A stretch of 64,000 bases of DNA from Vicugna vicugna. Taxonomy: Eukaryota. The notes beneath the pieces were generated by a model. The model saw only the letters and a list, made by a program, of their open reading frames with translations, ran no database searches and had not been told where the DNA came from. The stretch spans positions 2,046,909 through 2,110,908 of the forward strand of contig MU057560.1 in the NCBI GenBank assembly GCA_013265495.1, in the 5' to 3' direction. Made by a program: the position numbers and the translations under genes. How positions within the stretch are numbered: position 1 is the stretch's first letter; each line of letters starts with the position of its first letter. This document shows, in pieces, positions 57,011-64,000 of the stretch.

Positions 57011-57789
57011 CTGTGATGAGCTGCACATACACAAACACAGTCATTACAGTCTTCGTGATGACACAGAGTGGTAACACTGCCTCTGACCAGGGACCGTCCT
57101 GTTAGAAGTCACAGGATGTGAGGGTTGGATGAGTAGCGTGAGGGCTGTATCATCCTACCTGCAGTCCTCTATCCCTTCTCCCAACCCACCCATCACACAG
57201 AGGGCCTAACGCACTGCCTGCCACCCACTGCACTCTTCTCAACTTGTAAAAAGAAACAAGGAGTAAAGCATTTACATCCAAAAGATACGGTGTCTTCCAG
57301 TGGCCATAAAAAGCTATGAACTGCAGGTCCAAGGAAATGTGTCACTAGGGTTAAACTCTTGTGGTAGAGGGTGAGAAAAACAGGCACAGAGCACATCTTT
57401 GAGCCTGATGCTTATTTTTAAATAAGAAATGTCTCCAGTTTTCACAGTGTCTATGCTCTATCAATCACTTCCGTCCTGGATGTTACTCTGGAACGGATTA
57501 GCCAACACTGACATGCTTTTACACAAACCATCGCATTTTGCCCTAACAATACTGAGTCTGGTCCGGTGGGTTACGGTGAACTTCTACCTACAGAGGAGTG
57601 AGCTAAGAGAAAGAAGTCACTGAGCGCCACAGCTGGGACCTGGGCCGCAGACCCCTCCTGAGCTGTCGGTGCCCAGCACCGGGGGCCGCCCCCGAGAAGG
57701 GCACACAGAGAAGGCCTTGCTGCAGACCCGGCAGGACACGGGCGCGGGGCTTGGCCAGGCCTGCCAGGAGGCGGTGTGGCAGGAGGGAG

Positions 57790-58175
57790 AGAGGAGACCC
57801 CGGGGAGGAGACCCCTGGCAGGAGACCCCCAGGAGAAGACCCCAGTGAGGAGGATCCGGGCAGGAGACCCCCAGGAGCAGACCCCCCGCTAGGAGAAGAA
57901 CCCTGGGAGGAGGACCTGGGGAGGAGACCCCCCCAGGAGACCCCTGGGAGGAAGATCCGGGCAGGAGACCCGCAGGAGCAGACCCTCCCTAGGAGAAGAA
58001 CCCTGGGAGGAGGACCTGGGGAGGAGACCCCCCAGGAGGAGACCCCTGGGAGGAGGGTGCGGGGAGGAGGATCTCGGGAGGCAGACCTGGGGAGGAGACC
58101 GCCCCCAGGAGGAGACCCCCGGGAGGAGGATCCGGGGAGGAGGACCTCGGGAGGAAGACCTGGGGAGGAGACCCC
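57790..58175. repeat. GC-rich minisatellite, ~14-bp unit (GGGAGGAGACCCC) with a 100-bp higher-order duplication
   Basis: aggagaagaaccctgggaggaggacctggggaggagaccc occurs at both 57891 and 57991. Confidence 0.9.
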
Positions 58176-58257
58176 TAAGCGGCTGGGCCTGAGGGCCGGC
58201 AAGGCTGCAGTTAGGGACGGCACGACCCCCTCCCTACAGCCCGGGCCCTGTCCTCAC

Positions 58258-58390
58258 CTGCCACCGCCCCCCTGGGGTGGGGAAAGGGTCACTTGCGGCT
58301 GTGACCAGGGTCCGGGGAGAAGATGGAGAAAGCCGGGAAGGAAAGACTCGAAACCGCGCTTCCGGCGGCTTCTGCGCTTGCGCGCGCCTG
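58258..58390 (-). other. TRAPPC12: Probable non-coding exon 1 of TRAPPC12 (5' end approximate)
   Basis: ATG-free segment in a CpG-rich promoter ending at a strong donor GGCAG|gtgagg; weaker alternative donor CAA|gtgacc at 58293; exon 2 carries only 6 nt of UTR after an acceptor, so an upstream exon is required. Confidence 0.65.
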
Positions 58391-58520
58391 CTCCCGCGCG
58401 TGCCCAATGCAGGAGCCGGCCTCCCAGCGCGTTTCCGGTTCGCGCCGCAGCGGGCGGGGCCTGGGTCCGGAGGCGGGGCATGGGCGGAGTTAGCCGACCC
58501 CTTTCCTGGGAATGCGGAGG
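58330..58520 (-). promoter_or_regulatory. TRAPPC12 CpG-island housekeeping promoter
   Basis: ETS/GABP-type CCGGAAG (58359-58365) and ACCGGAAA (58432-58439) on the minus strand, NRF1-like TGCGCTTGCGCG (58373-58384), CCAAT (~58403), GC box GGGCGGGG (58452-58459); no TATA box. Confidence 0.7.
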
Positions 58521-58964
58521 GAAATTGCTCTGACACACAGGGATAGACAAACCTGTGGCAGAGGGGCAGCTGGAAGGGAGATGGTTACTCTCTTTTTACT
58601 CCTGGCCAAAGCACCCTGGAAATACTTATTTTCAGGGATTTGTCTTTGCGCCTTTCTGTATTTTCACCTTTTCCTGCCATGCATCTGGAGTACTTGTGTA
58701 ATAACAACGGTAAAAATGGTAATGATACCGATAGTAGGTGGATTTAATCCAGCAGTATCAAGGTCCTGCGTTCTCGTAGCGCTGCTACTTCATCTTAGGC
58801 AAACGGAGCCGGCTAGTAGGATGCCCGTGTCTGTGCTTTTGCTTCCTTGATTTCTACCGTAACCACACAGATCTCCTGTTTGTCCGACGGATGCTCATCC
58901 AGCCTAAGTGCCAAGCACAGCGCTAGGCGCTGGGGTACCAATGAACCAAACAAGACCTAACATT

Positions 58965-59480
58965 TCTCTCTTTTTTAAAAAAATGATTTAAAATACCTTA
59001 TTTCTGACAAATAAAAGTATGTATTTACGTGTACAATGTGATGTTTTGATATATGTATACATTGTGAAATGACGGCATAATGGAACTAATGAACTTAACA
59101 ATCACCTCATGTATTTCCCATTTTCTGCGTTTGTGGTAAGAACATTTGCAATCTCCTTGTGGCAGATTTGAAGTATAGGATATATTATTAATTATGTCTC
59201 CAGAGCCTGTTTATCTTGAATTTGTACTATTTGACAAACTTCTCCCCAGGCCCTGATAAGCATCATTCTACTCTCTGTTACAAAGAGTTCAACTTTCTTT
59301 TTTAGATTCCACATGTAGGTGGAATCATGCTGTATCTGCCTTTCTTATTTCACTTAGCAGTGTCCTCTAGGTTCATCCACGTTGTCACAAATGACAGGAC
59401 TTAAGGGCTGAATAACATACCATTGTGGTTGAGTCGCATTTCCCTGATGACTAGTGGTATCCAGCATCTTTTCACATACC
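58965..59480 (-). mobile_element. L1MA-like 3' end between the two divergent promoters
   Basis: gtacaatgtgatgttttgatatatgtatacattgtgaaatg..tttttagattccacatgt..ctaggttcatccacgttgtcacaaatgacagg. Confidence 0.7.
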
Positions 59481-59829
59481 TGTTCCAGGCCTAGTTATTT
59501 GTCACAAAGATTAAGGGAAGAGAGAAAAGTTAATGGTCACACAGATGATGGAGAGATGCAGGGACCCCAGGGTCTTCCCACCAGACTCCCTTTGGAGGCA
59601 AACGCTGCCAAACAGCGCCAGTGGTTCGACACCAGGCATCACGCATCACCCTGGCATCGGCATGGGATCCTTTTGTCATTGCACACACTGCGCTGGGCGC
59701 CTGCGGACACGGAGCAGCCTGGCTCTTGACCTTAGGGATCTGGGCCGGGCCAACCTGCGTCTGACAGACCAGGAACATACTCTAGCTCCCAATTTACTAC
59801 TTCTGTGCCCGCAACTGTCACTTAAGTTT

Positions 59830-60550
59830 GCCGTGGCGCCGGGAGAGTGCTAATGCTATCCAACCACGGTGTCACAGCCGCAGGCGAGCGAGGCTCCCGG
59901 GGGCGATGGAGCAGGGAGCCCTCCCAGCCGCGGGCTTCCCGCCCCGCCCCGCTCGGGTCCTGGCCAGGTCCTCCTCTCCCGGGCCTACTCCCCGGGGTCT
60001 GCGCACCTGAGAGCCCGGATGGGAGCCAAGTGGGCATGCGCACGAGCCCGGCGCTGCCGCGATTGGTCGCCGGCTGGGAGCGCGTTGATGACGTTTCAGG
60101 AAAACACAGGAAGAGACCCTACGGGAGCCGGGCTGGTCACAACGAGTTCTGGTTCGGCGCCGCCTGGGCGGGGGGGAATGAATGGGCGCTGAGCTGGGGG
60201 CGCGCCGGCTCTGGAGACCCTCCTCAGGTCTGCGGGCCGCCGCAGCATGGAGGACGACGCGCCGGTGATCTACGGCCTGGAGTTCCAGGTGGGTCTCAGG
60301 AGGGCTCCGCGGCGGCCGGAGCGGCGCCCCTGCGCGGCCTGGGGCAGTAGGCCGTGGTCCTGCCGGACGGGCCAGGGGCCTGCGTGACGCGCGGCGGGGT
60401 GGGGGCGCCGCGGTTCTGCCCGCCGCCCCCGGGCTTGGAGCCCCGCGCCGCCTCCCGCAGCCCGGCCGCTCCCTGTGGCCTGACTCTCACTACGCAGCCG
60501 GCCTGTTTACTTGTGCACCGTTCTTCCGCCGTCGGGCTTCCTGGAGCCAG
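59830..60550 (+). promoter_or_regulatory. EIPR1 CpG island / promoter and 5' UTR
   Basis: CpG-dense; GC boxes (~59940), NRF1-type GCATGCGCA (60034-60042), inverted CCAAT (60062-60066), CRE half-site TGACGT (60089-60094). Confidence 0.75.
60247..60288 (+). CDS. EIPR1: EARP/GARP-interacting protein 1 (EIPR1/TSSC1) coding exon 1, MEDDAPVIYGLEFQ; the rest of the gene lies beyond the window
   Basis: gcagcATGG start context, recognised N-terminal peptide, donor CAG|gtgggt, head-to-head with TRAPPC12 as in other mammals. Confidence 0.93.
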
Positions 60551-61724
60551 GCGCTGCCTGTTTTTTGTTTAAATTTTGACACAAAATTAAATCTACATTA
60601 GGAGTTGCGAAGATACACGGAAAGTTGTGTACCCTTCACCCAGCTTGCCTGAATGTTGTCATCTTCCAGGGCCAGTGCACGCTGACCAAAACTTTGGAGT
60701 TAGCATTGGTACAGTCTGGTTAACTGAACCAGACTCTTCGGATTTCACCTGTTTTCCCACCACTGTCCGTCCTGTTTCCTTCTCGTCCTGTGTTCTCCAG
60801 TGCTTTTAACGGTGACCATGGCAGGGAAGGTGCTCAGCGAGTGACGGTGACATGAGTGGACCCTGTAGTGTAAGGAGTGGAGTGAGGATGCAGGGAAAGC
60901 AAGAGAGCCTGTGTGGCTGAAGGAGAGGGCGAGTGGGGTAAGGGATGAGCTCCAAGGGCAGGTAGGTCGCATTGAGTGGGACCTGTTACAGCCCTATACT
61001 GGCTTCCGTCTTTCCAAGTGGCTTCAGAGGACCTGTTATATATGCTTGAGGCACTGAGGGACAGTTACAGAGAAATAAAAACAGTTCATCGCCACATGAA
61101 GTGCCTGTTACGTAATTGTGTGTGGCAGATGTGTCTTAACAATATGCATGATTTCTACTTTCAAGAAGCTTACAGTGGGAGAAGCAGCAGTGTTAGTTAC
61201 TGAAAGCCTAGATGCCACTGCAGCTCCTGAGGTTTCAATCCCAGCTCCAGCACTTACTCTGTGACCTTGGGTCTCAATTTCCTTGCGAATAAAATGGGAA
61301 AATGAGCCGCTACCCACTGTGGCTGTTGTGAAATTAAATGAGTTAATACATTTAATTCAGGCACCTAGAACAGACCCTCGCACCTAAGAAGCATTCAATA
61401 AATGTTGTTCTGGTTGTTGTGAGGCAAAGTTCTTACACATAAACTCCAGACAAGGCGGTATCTCAGTGTCCTAGGAGCCATGAACTGCTGTGGGGTTTGA
61501 CCGCTGGCTCTGTCCCATAGGACTGGTGCCTTAACTTCCAGTTGTTGAGAACGTACCTGTGTTTCAGGCACTCTGCCTAACAGTGCACAGATACTTTGTT
61601 TAATTCTCACAGCAGTCATACAGGGAGGTGTTATTTTTCCTGTGGTAAGAGGCTGCTTCACTGGCAAATGATAGAGATTCTAACCTAGGCAGGCTTTAAA
61701 CCCAAACTGACTTCAAAGCCTCTT

Positions 61725-62082
61725 TTCTTTTTTTTTTAAATTGAGTTATAGTCAGTTTGCAATATTGTGTCAACTTCTGGTGTACAGCAGTTTTTCAGTC
61801 ATACATGAATATACATATATATTCATTTTCATATTCTTTTTCACCATAAGCTACCACAAGATCTTGACTATATTTCCCTGTGCTGTACAGTATAAACTTG
61901 TTTATCTATTCTATATATACTTGTCAGTATCTATAAAGCTTGAACTCCCAGTCTGTCCCTCCCTATCCCCCTAGCCCCTGGCAACCACAAGTTTGTATTC
62001 TATGTCTCTGAGTCTGTTTCTGTTTTATATTTAAGTTCATTTGTCTTCTGTTTTTTTTTTTTTTGGTTTGTTTGTTTGTTTT
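61725..62082 (-). mobile_element. LINE-1 3' UTR fragment, same family as 44531-45525, in EIPR1 intron 1
   Basis: Reverse-complement similarity to the 45200-45510 3' UTR; flanked by direct repeat aagcctctt (61716-61724 / 62083-62091). Confidence 0.8.
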
Positions 62083-64000
62083 AAGCCTCTTAACCACAAA
62101 GTTACACTGCTGTCTCCTTAACAAGGTGCACGTAGGGGTGCGCACACAGGGCGCATGCGGGAGATAGAAGCTTCCCTGACCTTGTGCATCTTCCTCTGTT
62201 GCTACTTCATAACTTTTTGATCTCCTTAAGAAATCTCCTAAATAACCTGGAGGTTTTGATCTTCAGTGTCGGATCTTTAAGGTAACAAAATGTCGTTTCC
62301 TGGCATTCTGACAGATCAGTGGAGTAGATCCTTGCCTTGGGCATCAAATATTATATCTGAATTTCTTCTTTGTCTTAAAAGTAACTGATTTTTGCACTTC
62401 TTTACTTTGGACAGCTCTGTGGGCCGTGACTTTCTTGAATCTGAAGCACCATTACTGCAGTAAACATGAAAGAACTAGAAGTTATAGTGGAGGTTTGGTT
62501 GTCATTGATGTTAAAATCACTTTGGAGAACAGTTTATGTAGAAGATGAGGATCTAATTATTGAAGGTGGTGAGGCTCGGAGGCTGAGATGAGGTACCCTT
62601 GTCCAAACAAGAGACACATTCCTGTTTCCTGAGCACATTCCTGTTTTTGCAACATTTTGAATTGTGTTCACAATTTTAGTTCTTTTCCCTTTTGTATATT
62701 TAAAAATTTTAAATCAAGTAATTCTTATGAGTCGTTTAAGAAGTTAGTTGCTGTGAATGCAAGCAATATTTCTCTCAATAATAGTAAAAAATAAATAACA
62801 TGGTCCAATTGCACACCGCCTTTCCTAATAACATCAAGTCAATGTCTGCTAGGTTGCGTGCTCCATGTTTCTACATATTTTGTTTCATTTTACTTCCATG
62901 GTGCCCTCTGAGGTAGGTTTTGTTATCTCCCTTTTACAAATAAAAAGTCTGAAACTAAAAAAAAAAAAAGTTAATTGCTGAAAATCTGATTAAAATCAGC
63001 AGGCCCTAAACACTCCCTTTGCATCTTATCTGATACCCTAGGATAACCACTTTCAACGTTTTACAGCGATTTCTTCTAGTCTTTACTTGGCTGCTTTTAT
63101 ATCTCGGATATGATCTGGTGACGGGGCCCACGTCACGTGAGGGTTTTGGCTTTTTCTGCGCTCTCTTGCCTTCCCTCAGACTCCCAGTGTAGTTAAGTGC
63201 AATCTCTTGCCAAATCCATATCCAGGGTTCTGGTTTTTCTAGTTACATAATATTGTCGACTGCTGATTCGAGTAGTGTTCTGTGACTAGTGCAGCCAGCT
63301 TTTCAGGATGTTTGCTCAGAAACAATCGGAATGTTAAGTTCAGTATCTCACCTTATTTCTGTGCGCGTGGCCTGAATTGCCTTGTTGATGCTGTGCACCC
63401 GCCAGTGCTGGTTTCTCTTCCTGGAGTTTCCACTTCCTTGTCTTTCATCCTTTCGAGCCGGGTGCCTAAGTTCTTGTGTTTCTATTACTGCAGCCTGGGC
63501 GGGCGAGGGTGTGCTGTTCCTGACATTTACTTCGCAAGGCGATGTCTGAAAATCCCCGCTAGTTAGACGAGTGATACTGTCAATCCTTGGGCAAGTCCCA
63601 GGACCCTTTCTCTTACAGGGAGGGCAATTATGTTACAGGACTTACAGTCCCAGGGATCAAATAGGAAACGCTGCTTCCAAACCAGTGCACAAAGAGCCTG
63701 CACCTGAGCTGACAGCTTGAGCACAAAGCCACACCGCAGCCTCCTTTACAGATTCGCTGCGCCTTCATGTACTGCACACGCTGTCCGTTAGGGTGTCTGT
63801 CTTTGTGTCCCTCCAGTAGCGGCTCTGTTTTCCGTCTCCGCCACTGGGTCAGCTCCAGGTCAGTCGTCCGGGTTGCCTTACTTTATCTCCTCCGGTCTTG
63901 GAAGGGCTCGTTGCTCCGCTGAGTCTCGTGTGCATCCCCTGTGCAGTCACAGGTTCTGGCCCTCCTGTGGTGGCGTCTGCCCTATGTTTTCATCTTCTGA

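Noticed and set aside
57603..58533. 206-aa and 260-aa repetitive ORFs on opposite strands
   Set aside because: Products of the minisatellite and CpG island; no recognisable domain.

Overview
Mammalian, GC-rich, repeat-containing genomic DNA, most likely from a camelid, judged by five tRNA-derived Vic-1-type SINEs and camelid-like L1 3' ends. The window holds the complete TRAPPC12 (TTC15) gene on the minus strand: a probable non-coding exon 1 near 58.3 kb and 11 coding exons between 51309 and 8216. All coding exons have GT-AG junctions in consistent phase and join to a 2388-nt, 795-aa ORF. Head-to-head with it, on the plus strand, is the first coding exon of EIPR1 (TSSC1; MEDDAPVIYGLEFQ, 60247-60288). 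The rest is intron or intergenic DNA with L1, SINE, MaLR/ERV LTR, DNA-transposon and tandem repeats, an intragenic CpG island and one assembly gap. The most unusual structure is a 5'-truncated L1 (9604-11676) flanked by a ~57-bp direct duplication that copies the 3' half of TRAPPC12 exon 10 plus its splice donor. This looks like an L1 insertion at the exon 10 boundary that was rescued by an exceptionally long target-site duplication, leaving a decoy half-exon that could form an in-frame cassette. I found no evidence for a novel multi-gene system; nearly all other ORFs in the track are GC-rich noise. Repeat family names and comparisons to human are from recognition and memory, not database searches.
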